Assembly (NCBI GenBank): GCA_002633005.1
Contig: NMRA01000195.1
Coordinates: forward strand, 127,951 to 191,950
Direction: 5' to 3'
Origin: Phoronis australis
Taxonomy: Eukaryota; Animalia; Phoronida
DNA length: 64,000 nucleotides
Part shown: positions 39,200 to 51,947 of the stretch, piece by piece
Layout: the number at the start of each line of letters is the position of its first letter
Numbering within the stretch: position 1 is the first letter of the stretch
Program-made: the position numbers and the translations under genes
Notes under the pieces: model-generated
What the model was told of the DNA's origin: nothing
The model's database searches: none
Seen by the model: only the letters and a program-made list of their open reading frames with translations

Positions 39200-40890
39200 T
39201 TTTATATTTACAAGCTGTCTGAAGTGACTGTACTAAGGCGCCATAAATATTCCCCGCTTGTGATTTTTTATGCACAATTTCATAAATATAGATGTAACTT
39301 GGGAAATTTGGTAAATTGATGTTTTCTTGTCTATTCTTGAGGCCCCTGTACGCTGCAAAGGTTGCACTTCTTAATGCATAGAATTCTAGTATTGGAGGAT
39401 GAAATTCATAATTATTGCAGAGTTCTTTGTTCCTTCAGCTATAAACAAATCCAACGCACAATAGACTCCCCTCTGATACCATGGAAAATAGATTTTCTGC
39501 CGAATTTTATCTTTGATATATACCACACGGGAGAGTAAATAATGTTTTCAATTTTGTCACACATTTGAAACAGGAGCCCAACATCGCTTAAAACTTCCTT
39601 CCAGAACAGATTGTCAGTTCCTTCAGCTATTTTTTACGGAAATCGCCCCCAAGTTAAAAAAAAATATCAATTTAGCAACCCATAACTGCCTTTTTCCAAG
39701 GTCTCGTATGGTACTTGATGTGAATAGTCTACGAAGCCACGATATTTTCAAAGACTTAATAAAATAACTAACACGAAACATTTTTTAACCACCAAGATCT
39801 TCATTTTGAACAACTTCATTTCGGCTAACTGTGTCAATATTCCCATTTCAAATGAAGCTAACAAACTCGCTCTACTTCTTGAATCATGTCAATGGAGGGG
39901 ATAGCGAGGGATTGAAGCAAACGAACAATCTTGAGCAATAAAAGTGTCTTAACCACGGTTATATTACCTAAAACAGTAAGAATTGTTCTTGACCAAGAGC
40001 CCATCATTTTCTTAATTTCCAAAAGCTTGCCACTATATTTAACGCCTGGCATTGTATTATAATAAGTAGATAAGTTGATTCCCAAAACATGAAAGGTTTG
40101 TTAGTCCATAACAGGTTTTCATTGACACTCCGTTTTTGTCAGAGTCTTTTTTATTCAATCCAAACACATCTTCTCTCGATATTTGGCTTCAAACCAGAAA
40201 AAAAATGTAAATTGGTCTATTAAATTCAAAGATGATCTGATAGCTAACTCAAAACCGTCCAAAATTAAACAAGTGTCGTCAGAGTACTGAACCAGTTTAA
40301 ACTCAGAAACACCTATCCTGACCCCAGTGATGCCACCATCACGACGAATTAAATTACCCAATATTTCTACAGATAATCCAAAAAGGTAAGGAGAAACTGG
40401 GTCTCCTTAACGAAAGCCTCTCCCCATTTCAAAAAATTCAGAGAAAAATTTATGTTGGGGAACACAAAGACAAGATTTATTGTAGAGAGTTTTGACCGTG
40501 TCAATGAAGCTTAGTTTAGTATGATGATGCCTTGAGGATGAAAGACCAGGAAACCGAGTCGAAACATTTTTCAACATCGATCCTTAAGAGGAGTCCAGGA
40601 CTGAAAGGGCTTAGAGTCTAAATATTAAATTACATCATATAAATTTTCATGTTTATACCTGCCTTTCATGAAATCTTTTTGGTTCTCGTTATTAAGGGGT
40701 CCGAGGACGCTTTTTAGGCGTCTTGCAATACAACCAGACTGAATTTTGTAAGTAGTATTCAATAATGAAATTGAAAGGCAATTTTTAATGAATTCGCTTG
40801 GTTTATTTATTTTTTTTTTTGGTATTATTGAGATAATACCAGCTTTTTCAGTTGTAGATATGTCTCCTTTGTTGATAACTTCTTCAAACG
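39200..40890 (-). mobile_element. Decayed L1/Tx1-clade LINE ORF2 (reverse transcriptase)
   Basis: AGIISIIPK, ISLLNTTYKIQSGCIARRLKSVL, QKDFMKGRY, GDPVSPYLF, KLVQYSDDTCLILDG, WSRTILTVLGNITVVKTLLL, WYQRGV. Many frameshifts. Confidence 0.9.
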
Positions 40891-42469
40891 ATCGGAACAA
40901 AAAATATTTAAGGTCTGGACAAAAAATAATAAATCTACATTTAGTTTCGAACCGGCCGTGCGCGTAGTACCGGTGAATTTTTCTGTCGCCCTGTGAGATG
41001 ATGCGATCTTGACATGAGATTGGTGAATGTATCGTGGTCTAGAATTCATTAACATTCCTACTTCATATTTTTGATAAATGCAAGTACGTACTCATTTTTC
41101 CGTATACGTACACTGTACATGTAAGACACGCTGACAATTTCCCATGCACATGGAATCCAAAAAAGTGATCTATTAGCCGGGTGTATTGTTGTCGGTATTG
41201 TTGCATCTAATGACCGAAGTGTTGCTTATTATTGCATGTAAGAGTACAAAAATTACACCTTATTCAGAAATCTTAGACATTTTCGGAGAAGTGAAGGTTC
41301 GGAGTAGTGAACCTTCAGAATAGTGAACTGGCGGAATAGTAGGCTGTTCCCATTTCCAGCGATGTACATGTAAGCAACTTTAACAAAAACACTATCCGAT
41401 GAAAATTTACGCCAAGCCAATCTCCGACTACATATTTCCATCAGAGTATGTAATGGGGTATAATCACTAATTAAAAAAACGGTTTCAAAGTTTGGCGGGA
41501 GGTATTGCCATGTGGAGAAATTCTCACTTAAACTGGTCACCGCTCATATTCCAGTAGCCCCAGACAACTTTTATGATGCCTATTCAGCTTGCACATTGTG
41601 TTGATGTATATCTGAGCTAATGAAGTCGAAAGGTAACAGCAAGCACAACTGTCTCAAACACGATGGTTGTTATTACACCCAAATTGTTTTTTCTCTGGCA
41701 TTTGCACAAACTTACAGCCGGTAAATATAGAAAGCAGTTCTAACTTGGTACATTTCAAATATTGCAAAACGACTAAATATATCTAAGTTAATTTGTGCTT
41801 ATCTTGACCATCGGCAACTTCCAAAAGAGCAATAGTTTTATGTTTCATGGTGGTTTTCGTTATTTCATTTTAATACTCATGTTGTGTTTTTCTTACCAGG
41901 GACGGGTTGATAACTTTTCATTGTATTTTTAAACTTGAAGTACCAAGAACAGTAGTAGATTCGATCGCCAGCGAAACTCAATTAGTTTAGATACTTGTGA
42001 ACCAATCACTGAACTTTCCAGATTGCAGCTACACTAAACATTTCACAGCTAACAAAACCACACGTGCCATTAGTTGAAGTTTAATCTTCTTTAGAACTCA
42101 AATCATAAAATATGTACAAAGGTGCAAATGGTGATATCCAAACTGCAGACTTATAATCTCTGGACGATTTCGGTTGCACTAAGTGCATAACTATTCTAGC
42201 TTTTTGTAATTCATAAAAACATAGAGTGGGCACAGGTTAAATACAACTGCTACCTAATCAAAAATCTAGTTTAACGAAATTAAAAAAATATTGAAAGAAT
42301 AATCCATGTGATATATTGCTAGCTCTGATAAAACAGGACTTGCAATAAATACTCATTGAATCAATTCCACCAATTGTTTCACTCGATGATTCAATAACCT
42401 GCTGTCTTTATACATGTATCTGTCTCTCTAATGCATGCATGTATTGTTGCAACTACTGCTTCTGTAACT

Positions 42470-42682
42470 TCAGGGGGGGGTTGGCAAACGTCCACCTTAG
42501 AGACATAAAAACTCTGAAAAAATAGAAAACGAAACAAAAGTCCACTAAAAAGGCAGGGACTACCTAAGTTTGGTGAATGCACAATTCATAGCTATGCATG
42601 TACCCCGTTTTTTTCTTTTTAGTAAAAGGACCACCTTCTCAAAAATCCAAGACTCTTATTTTTTAGGCTGGATGCGCCCATG
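42470..42682 (-). mobile_element. MITE, paralog of 25427-25648
   Basis: Terminus TTTTTAGGCTGGATGCGCCCATG; the interior matches 25440-25610 in reverse. Confidence 0.7.
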
Positions 42683-44501
42683 GATATTGCAGCTTACTAT
42701 GAAAATTGGGAGCGACAGTCTCCATGTGATATATAGGTAGATCTGGTTTCTGAAACCTCTCTTATTAATTCCGCCGAGAACCATGACGCGGTGGATATTT
42801 GACGCTGCATGCAAGCCTTGCCTTGCAAGCAGCTCAGCAATCTGTTGAAGATAATCGTAACCGTTAGTCTTGCAAATATACGTACGGAAATGTGTTTGTA
42901 TGGCGGGCACAGTGTCCCGAATATTCTATTGCAGTGAAAGAGCGATACGTTTGAACATCAATTGGGTAGAGTAGCCAACAAGTGCAATTGGTTGCTAAGG
43001 ATGTTCGGTGCGTTAGGGTGGGTTTCGTTGACGCAGCAATCTTGCAAAACCACGTAATACTTCAAGGACAATCGCGTTGCATTACAAGTAAAGCACGTAC
43101 AATGTAGCTCGACATCATGCTATTTAATCCAAGTTTGAACAGCCTTGGCGTTTTTGCTAGTTTAGTCAACTTGGCCGATCATATAGCTACCATTGAGCAG
43201 CTGCAGTCGTTTATTCAATGAGTTATATCTGTTTTTAGTTCACGTGACGTTACCAGCTGCAAGTACATGACCCCTAAGGGTCGCAGGCGTATCACCAAAC
43301 CCGTGTCACTTATCCACAGATCAGACGTTAAAAACTCTTTTATGGAAACATTCCCACACTGACCCTTCACCGGTCAAGTATGGACAACTTGACCAGTACA
43401 CTAGTATTAAGGCCTATCTTGGACGGTAACACTTATAAAGTTGGTGCAGTATTTTAGGAGCATCGCTCCGAGTCCACTAGTGCCATAAATTGATAAATGC
43501 AACGAATTGTAGGCGTACTGGCTTGCATTGGTCTACTTCATCGGGAGAATCATCTTGCGAATAGCAACCCAATGTTCTATTCATACTCCCATTCAATACA
43601 ACTGCTATCTGCCTCTTGTTTGTTCTAGGATCTCGCGGTGACGCAACATGCCACGAAAAAGCAGCTTCCCTTATCATTTGACGGGCTTACATTTGCGCAA
43701 TGGAACTCGCGTTTTCTTAGTTTACTAAGGCTTTGCTAAGACTATCGGTTAGCCCAATTCATCTAAAATAACAAAATTCCGTTGAAGACTTTACAATCCG
43801 TCTCTATCTTGCCAAGTTAGCAGATGTTGTTGTTCTCTGGAGATTAAAGTAGCCTACCTGTTCGAGGCGTAAATTTAACTATTATCAAAATAGGGAAAAA
43901 CACTTATTTCTTCCCACATTTCATCTTGACAGTTGTTTAAATTACAAAAAGTAGATCGTGAAAACTACACGTGGTGAGAGTTGTGAAGTTTGAAAATCGG
44001 ACAAGAGATACTTTACTTTTGTTACTTAAAGGAGAATGCCACCCACAAAACAACCTATTTTGCATCAATTTAGATCAAGTAGTTCGATAACTGCAGGATC
44101 GGTTGCGTTACCTGACACCTGACGGCAGATTGAGGTGTTGTAATTATCAAATGACGTAATTGGTTTCACACGCAGTGTGTTCAGCTGTTCACAACACGAG
44201 CTAGTGGTGTCAGCTTATCGATTGTATTCATCGGTTAACACCAATAAATCATCAAACTTCGATGAAAAACCCTTAAAAATACACTGACTTCTTATCAAAA
44301 CGTGTTTTGTTATTTCGCTGTTACGAATGTACTGGTATTCGGACACACCGTAACCTACAAAGTTCGGCAGGCCAATTTATCAAGGTCCGTAGCAGGAGTT
44401 TGGGGTCTGTTCGGAGATAAATACGGCGAAATACAGACAGGAGAACCTAGATCTGTGTTGTTTAGACTTGTGTTTATTGAGTTCTAAACACCCAAAACGC
44501 T

Positions 44502-44665
44502 TGTTATCCCAGCCAGTAGCTCAGAACCCGATCAGGCCCGTCGCGGCGGAACTGACTCGTTATCCCGGCCAGTTTTTCGGAACCCAACCAGGCCAGTCGC
44601 GGCCGGACTGACTCGTTATCCCGCCCAGTGGCTCGGAACCCGATCAGACTCGTCGCGGCCGCCGG
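44502..44665. repeat. Internal ~57-bp tandem repeat x3 within element copy 4
   Basis: GTTATCCC.GCCAGT..CTC(A/G)GAACCC.ATCAGGCC.GTCGCGGC.G.ACTGACTC occurs three times. Confidence 0.85.
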
Positions 44666-45220
44666 AATGGCACGAATATAAACCAGCTTGAATTGGAAAC
44701 TAAACCCCTAGTCACGAGAAGAATATAAAAGTGAGCCAAAATATAATGTGCACGTAATTATCTATGTGAATAAGCCAAGAAACTGAAAATCTACTTGTCG
44801 GTGGCCGCGAAGTCGGGTTCCCCTTCCGCAGACCGTAAGGACAAAGGTTGTACAGCAACAATAATTTGAATAATGTACATGTAGTTGTATTTCTTGATAA
44901 AGTTTCCCTTAACATGTGACCATAGCATATAAAATCGAGTAATTGTTTCACATCAGCTTTCTGTCAGCAAATACTGAATTAGCAAGCGCTCACACGGCAT
45001 CGGTGCCCGGTCAATTGCCTTTGTTGCTGGCATCAAAAGCAGGGCGGTAACACACTGGTTTCTTCATTGCTGGCTTCTCAAACATTTGAACTCACGAGCT
45101 CTCCAAGGCATTAACATTGTATTTAATGAGACAGCCTTTGTTTCAGTTTCATATAAGCATTGGTTAGGATCATTTTAGGATGACAATAATTCATTTTGAA
45201 ACAGAACCTAGAATAATAAA

Positions 45221-45428
45221 CAGTGGAAAATCTGCGTTTTCAGGAAGGGGGGTTTAGTATTCGAGTGAATCCGAGGCGCGTAGCGACGAGCGGAACAAAT
45301 GTCGTGTAAGATTTTTTGTTTTTTAGTACTTGATTTCATTTTTCTTGCCATATTTTAAATTTTTGTTTTGATCCTTTCGCAAGGGGAGTTTGAGGCCCCA
45401 GAACCCTCCCTATAGATCCGGCGCCAAT
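45221..45428. mobile_element. GC-rich MITE-like insertion nested in element copy 4
   Basis: Starts CAGTGG..ATCT and ends ..AGATCCGGCGCC. Absent at the equivalent position of copies 2 and 3 (after GAAACAGAAC..AATAAA). Confidence 0.6.
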
Positions 45429-45543
45429 ACCGAATTAGTCTAGAGTTCTTCCGACGAAGATTTCACGGGTCGGATCGTTAGATTTCACAGGCAATCAGTT
45501 TGAAACGGAATACACTGATCAAGAAATACTAGAGGCGACGTGA

Positions 45544-45819
45544 TCATGCACAGGCAACGGGACGTATGGATGGATGTAGTTCTTTGGTAAGCCGGAATTC
45601 AGAGAAATCAAAGTGGACGAAATGCCGGCCACAGACACGGTGATGCTTCACGGCCTCAAACTTGCTATTGACAGCATATCTTTCATACTCCACTACCATG
45701 AGCCACTTCCTAAGCATTTCGGGCTCTCGAGGAAGTCGAAAAAACGATATACCTGCTTTCTTCGCAGCTTCACCGTTCGGACAAGCGGGAACGATACACC
45801 TCAAAATAGCGGCATTCAC
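45544..45819 (-). CDS. Stand-alone THAP zinc-finger (C2CH) protein, 91 aa, transposon-encoded
   Basis: RCIVPAC-PN...ISFFRLP....LRKW......HRVCGRHF...F..RLTKELHPSI. It has C-x4-C, the conserved P and W, C-x2-H-F and an AVPTIF-like box. Expression is unknown. Confidence 0.75.
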   Translation of the reverse strand: MNAAILRCIVPACPNGEAAKKAGISFFRLPREPEMLRKWLMVVEYERYAVNSKFEAVKHHRVCGRHFVHFDFSEFRLTKELHPSIRPVACA

Positions 45820-47250
45820 TCTGCAGCCGAAACACAGACGTCGCTGCGTAGGTTCTCACCTTCCTCACAGGTTAACGCGACACCTCTCGGCAACGTGATG
45901 TCGACCGTATAAGAGGCGATGTGGACATAGATCGATTAAGACGGTAAAAAAGACTAGTTAAATCGGGTGGCATTCTCCTTTTAAAACCAGAAAAGCAGTC
46001 CATAGCCAGTAGCCTGCTTTAATGATTCGGTAGGGCGCAGAAATAATGGGCAGTTACCAGGGACCTTGAACTAGCAGTTTGGAAATGAGGAAAAGCAAGT
46101 GTAAAACCATACCTCTGGCTAGCAGACGATATATTTCTAAAGTCTATAGCCCGGCACCAAAATCCAATCACGGTAACAAAATACAACTAGAAATGGTGGG
46201 TCGCAGTTGATGGAGAACTTGAAATACAGTATCCCTTTTCATGAACAAGCATTCTTCTTTAAAAGATTCCTGAAGTACAATGAAATGCATTTTTAATGTA
46301 ATTTAATTGATGAATAAAGTCTACATCAGCAATCACTTCTTTGTTATTATTTCACATTTTTGTTAAAAAAGCGTTTTTCCAATGTTAGTTCCTATTGGCT
46401 AACGCGAGTCTGACGTCACTGAGGCTGTACTTTGGGTGAATGCAATGAGTTAAATTAAGCTTACTATCTATATAGTTCACTAGGTGAATGCCTCTCGGCT
46501 AGAGAACTGTGTTTAATGTGTATAATTTGTATACCATCTTGACTCTCAAAAGTTCATAACACAAGTTTACTGCTGTGTAGTGTTGGCTACTAGTTGAACG
46601 ATCCCGTTCCCGGCACTCATGGAAAGGGCCCTGACTGCGTAGCCTTGCCTTGGTCGAAGCTGAATACTAAATAAACAGCGGCCGGTGCACCGACGTGGGT
46701 AAAAACTGATCAATCAAATCTGACACAAAATTAGTGTCATTAAAATTAAACTCTTTCTTGGGTAAACTAAGTTATTTACTGGTGTTGAAAAAATTGAAGT
46801 TCTCCCATTTACTCTGCTGCTAAAATTTGGGTGAGGTCTTTAAGGAAGGCTTTTGGCGCCGTCACCTGTTGCCTTATTGTCCAGTTTTGTTAACCGAGTT
46901 GTTCTTCTTTCAACCGATCGGACTGTTCTTCGAAGTTTTGTACATGTCACAAAAAATTATTTGACCAGATTAGATTTCCTTACAAGTTTTTAGTATTTAA
47001 ATACCAGGAAACCGAATTTCATAAAAAATGCTTCTGCGAAACTGTCATCATCTCCCGACAGATGTCGCAAAATTTTAAGAAATAGTTCGTATTGAGCGTA
47101 CTGTTTTCTTTATTACAAAAGGCTGAAAATTAAAAATATGAAATAAAATTACGTTTGCTAGATTGTTTTTCACTTAAACGGCTCCAGCGGGCAAGGTGAG
47201 TGTCGGTTAACACCCAGATACTTGCAAGCTCCCCTGCCGTTTTATAGCTC

Positions 47251-47505
47251 CATGCGCGCACCCAGAGGAGAGGCTCGGGGGTCTCGAACAAGCCCCCCCA
47301 TTTGGCGAAGTGGGCAAAAAGGTCCGCCTCAGAGAAACAAAAACTGTGAGAAGATGAGACAAAAGACCCCTAAACAAACACAAACGAGCAATTCATAGTG
47401 GTGCCCCGTTTTTGTTTTTTTTTTAGTCCGCGCCTAACTTTTTGTTACCAAAGTCCACAACGGCAAGAATTTGAGCCCCCATATTGATGGCAGGGTGCGT
47501 CCATG
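47251..47505. mobile_element. MITE with TIRs and a 5-bp TSD
   Basis: AGCTC|CATGCGCGCACCC ... GGGTGCGTCCATG|AGCTC. Confidence 0.75.
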
Positions 47506-48279
47506 AGCTCTACATGTTAGTATAAGTTTCGCAACAAGGTGTAGTGCAGAACTAACTGGGCTATGTGAAATTTTGGTGTCTAACAGAGCTCAACACACAG
47601 TGCTACTGGTACCTAGCTGTATTTTGAAGACATATAGTCTTCATACAGCTAGCTGTCAGGCTAGGCCCCGGGATGAATCAACGTCCCAGGAAAGAAAAAC
47701 GAAAAAGGTTGTGATTATGCACATATATATCTGTCGACTGGACTATGTACTCGCACGGCTAATGACCTATATCTGTTAGTGCTCTTCAGCCTCAATGATG
47801 TCTCGAAAAACTGCGCTTGCACTGGGGCTTTACGGAACCAATATTTTTTTTTCAAAGTAAAAAAAGAAAAATACTGTGCACTAGGCTATGTAAGAATATG
47901 TGGATGCCAGCAACCAACCTTTATACTTTCAAAATTCATATTAAAATGCTGAAATATGTAGTTCAGGCCTCGTTTAATATGTAGCGTTTATTTTTGTCAC
48001 ATTAGATTTTCATACTATGAACGTGAGAGAACAAATGCCAGTAGGAAAAGAAACACAAGGTATGAAACGTAATATAAAATTATTGCGATCCCTATCAATT
48101 CCTCATGAAATGATCGGCATCAGACAAAAAACACCTGAAGGTTGCAAGAGAAAAATTATAAACACAGATGTTCAAAACTGTAACCTGTGAGCAAAAAAAT
48201 AATCATGCTGCAAACTTTGGTTAAACCCTGTAATTCTCGCGATAAAAGGGAGTCAACCACACTTCGAAGCAGAAGAAAA

Positions 48280-48771
48280 ATGGGCGTGCTAAAGAAAGCG
48301 TCTCTGTATATCGCAGATGCTGTTTGGTCTTTGTTAATATTAAGCACTTTGACTGTGTTCTACTGGCGAGGAACGTGGAAAATTCTCGATTTGTACATCT
48401 TACCAGATAATTTCGGCAACAGTGCCTGGATATCTTACGCTGTTGGTGAAATCTTGCTATTGGCGTTTTACTTTACCCAGAATATACTCGATCGGAATAT
48501 TACAAGCAACAACAAGTGGATTTACGAGATAGCAGTACGGGTTCACAACTTTGTCCAAGGTTTTGCCATTGTTAATAAGTGGCGAGGAGTATGGTTGCTA
48601 ATCGACCACTACACAGGAGTCACGGCCGTGTCTGCTCTCTCTACAGTCGCCATTGGTATTTTCTGTTTGTGTTTGCTCAGAGCATTCAAAAACGTTTTCG
48701 CCAGTCCCTCCAATATTTCGCTTGACTGCTCAGAGAAGCCTTTTGTTTGCACTACAAGGTTTTCACAAACG
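48280..48771 (+). CDS. Fuseless-like multi-pass membrane protein, exon 1 (an in-frame ATG at 48205 is also possible)
   Basis: Motifs VFYWRGTWKILDLYILP and VNKWRGVWLLIDHY are typical of the fuseless family. Donor ACG|GTAAGA, phase 0. Confidence 0.85.
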
Positions 48772-50449
48772 GTAAGATTTATTTTAGAGTCAATTAAGCC
48801 TTTGCAAACAAAGCATTAATTCAACGTGCCTCCAGGTGGGATACCGAAAAGTGCCGCTAGGTTGTGACATTCGTGAGAGAGATAGTATGTCCTCACACCA
48901 GGTTTAAAAGAGTGGCGAAAACGCTAGCAGTTTCATTGATTAAAGTGCAAGTGAAAACGTTAGCGTTTTAACACGACAGATGAGCTGTCATCAAAGGGGC
49001 AATTTCGACATCAATTTGTTTCTTTCATCACCACCCAAGTTGGTTTTAAGCGAAAACTAATTTCAGAACGCGTTGACTCTCAGTCATAAATTAATTGATG
49101 TGATGTTCGATCAAAAAGCTCTTATCCCTGCCTGGGAATCAATGCCTCATACATGTATTTGTTCCTAGCCCATGCACATGAGTGTCCTTTGGAGTAATTG
49201 GTTTCTGTGATAATGTGATAAAGAAAACGCTAGTAGTTTTGGGGTAACTCAGACCTAGAGCAAAGCTCCAGCAAAAGTGACCTCAGCCACTGTCCACATT
49301 ACTGCCGTTGTTGCTGCTAGCGAGTATTAGCCTGCATGAACAAAAGATAGAACATATTCTACTACCAGTGTTGTTAAATGTAATCCCCAACGCGCCGTAC
49401 TTTTTGAAAAGGAAGTGCGATCGGTACGCGCACAAGACATTATTTGGTCGCTCGCGGTCAGCGGTCGAGCCCCTCTGAAATACATGTACATGTACATGGG
49501 GTCAGTTTTGAGACGGTTTCCATGCACGGAGAAAAACCATGCAAAACCACATAAAAACGTATTAACTACCAAGTAGGTCCAATGCTGAGTTACACAGTAG
49601 TGCTCCGGTGCAGTTCAACCAGCCCTGTGGGCATTTGGGCAATGTTAGGCAGGCTCCTTTCCTCAGAGGCCCAGTCCAACATGTGTACGTCAAAATGTGT
49701 TTGTAAGCACTGTATTGTGGGATTGCCAGCCAATTTTGAAACGTTAGCTCTAAACTAACCGTTTTTACAAATCAACAAGTGATTCCCTGATATGTTTGCT
49801 GTATTCGCAGTATCATGGATGCAAATACCTAAGGAAGCAAGTTTGCAGAGCTGTTGAGCACATGCGTACTTGGATTTGTATCGGGGGCAAACTATGATTT
49901 TTCATGACCAGCTTCTAAACTTGCTGACTTGTCCGCAATTCTACTATTTTGTCTTGGCATCTAGCAGAACTACAACCGGAACCAGACATGTTTCTTGTAT
50001 GTAGGTATTGGCCTCATAATACGGAATACATAACAACTCAGCAATTGCTATTGAAATATACTACCCTAGATTTTTTAATTGACAAAGATCAAGGCGACTT
50101 TGGCTTTATCTGTCATATACCTTAGCAAATTTCTGCGCTCATGATCAAGGGTGTGACCCATAAAAGGAATCTCGCTTTCTATGTGACCAGTATTGCCTAT
50201 TCTACATCTCTATCATCCTTGGTAAGGCGTGAGTGCCGCTCTGTTTCAATGTAAAGCTTGTGCGTGCATCTTCCTTAAGTAGGGCTTTAACCAGATTTTT
50301 CATGTTGTAGTCCAGTTTTGATAGTACAATGGAATTGATATAAAGTTGAACTAATAATTAGACTTTGACGAAATTCTGAAAAGAAGTAATCTACTCCACT
50401 CGATCCGAATAACCACACTTCTCCAAAGCAGAAGGTGTGCAGTAGTCAT

Positions 50450-51030
50450 CTTAAGCAATGTTCCCAATTGGGCCTGCCGCTGTCCGCACATTGTATCGGT
50501 GAAATATCGACTTATGCATCTTCTACACTCGCCCCTGGCCTTATCATCTGGCGTGTTTTGTTTGGTCGAAACTCACACTTTCAGAAATTGTTGTGAACAC
50601 TTTCTACATGTATAAAATTGACAATTGGCACAATCCAAATCTCTGAAACATAGCTTAAAATTGGGTTAACCATGCTATCAAAGAGTTTGAAAAGGACTTG
50701 TGGTGATCAGCAATGTAATTTAGAAAAACAAACCTTCATCAAAGTTAATGCTTATCGGGCCTGTACTGTAAGATGAGCGTAGGAGTTTTTGGTTATGGTA
50801 TTCACTGCCAAACACTTCGAACAGTTTGACCACTATGGAAAAAAGAATCTGGTGAAGATATTCCACAATTCCGTCGGTCTTCACTGAGGGCTGCAAGATC
50901 GAGAGCAACAATGTTATATAATGCGGAATGGCGCTGCAGAATCATAGGTGTCGTGAGGTGTGTATCCCAGGAATACCTTACGGGAGCGCAAATCACCCGA
51001 GTCGCCTACTCGAGCCAAGCGGGGCAACGA
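50450..51030 (-). mobile_element. Possible RTE-like LINE endonuclease remnant in the fuseless intron
   Basis: LYNIVALDLAALSEDRRNCG..FFHSG resembles the RTE APE motif YNIDIAALSETR..FFWSG. Heavily decayed. Confidence 0.4.
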
Positions 51031-51528
51031 CCTACAGTAATGCATAAACGAAACAAAAGACCGTGCACATGCCAGATGATTCTGAGTTCGAAAATTATGT
51101 AGTTAGTTCCTTCGTGACAGGCGTGTGTTGTCAGGAGTAGGCTGTTACTGGTTGTTACTAGTTGCATTCGTTTTAACTGATGACTCGAAAAAATTCTTCT
51201 TTATGGAACATACTGGCGGCGGATCAACCACCATGCTCTGTAAAGTTCTAGGGGTTAGATCATAATTGCAGAACGAGACTTCTACAATGTTCTTGAATTG
51301 ATAAGAAGTGTCTCAGTAGTCCAACGCCAGTCTAGACTTCTCTGTTCTGTCTGGGACATTATATGAAACAATGGGAGGAACGTTTTGTTTGAGTAGTCGT
51401 GTGTATCTGCGAGATTAATAAAGTGATTTTATCTTAATCCCCGGGTTTCAGCGAAAGCTGTATTTGTATAAGCGCTAGCCAGTGATGACCTTCGTTCACT
51501 CATCCACGAGAGGGAACCAGTACACGAA

Positions 51529-51947
51529 TGCATGAAACAGTCCCGGATTGGGACTCAACTAAGTTCCCTAAATTTACTGCGCGTTATTGGACTTCTGGAA
51601 ACACCGATTACCCTTTCTTTTATTGTTCTAGTTTCATTACAAAGTCAACTTTTGACTTTGATACAAATAGAAAGTAAACATTACGTTGAATTGTTAATAT
51701 TATCGAGAATAATTACGGATCTTTTCATGCAACACCCCAAATTTAATGACTGAATTCCTACTTATTTCCATTTTACTCATGTCAAAGTTTTACTGTAATA
51801 TTATTAGAAAATGTCATTAATGAAAGAGTAGCTCATTATGAAGATGAAATGATATAAAAAATATTGCATCTGTGCGTCCATACAAACACAAATACGCAAA
51901 AAGTCTTAGGGACCGTAGTTGAGTCCCTATTTGGGACTTTTCATGCA
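51529..51947. mobile_element. MITE with ~45-bp TIRs
   Basis: TGCATGAAACAGTCCC..GGGACTCAACTA..TCCCTAA / TTAGGGAC..TAGTTGAGTCCC..GGGACTTTTCATGCA around an AT-rich interior. Confidence 0.75.

Larger units (their letters stand above)
44030..45979 (-). mobile_element. Kolobok-like THAP element, copy 4 (both TIRs perfect; carries a nested insertion)
   Basis: TTAA (44026-29)|AGGAGAATGCCACCC ... GGGTGGCATTCTCCT|TTTAA. Collinear with copies 2 and 3. Confidence 0.9.

Noticed and set aside
44030-45979. piggyBac or P-element assignment for the THAP element
   Set aside because: piggyBac also uses TTAA but has CC[CT] termini and no THAP. P elements have THAP but 7-8-bp TSDs. TTAA plus AG..CT ends plus THAP fits Kolobok best.
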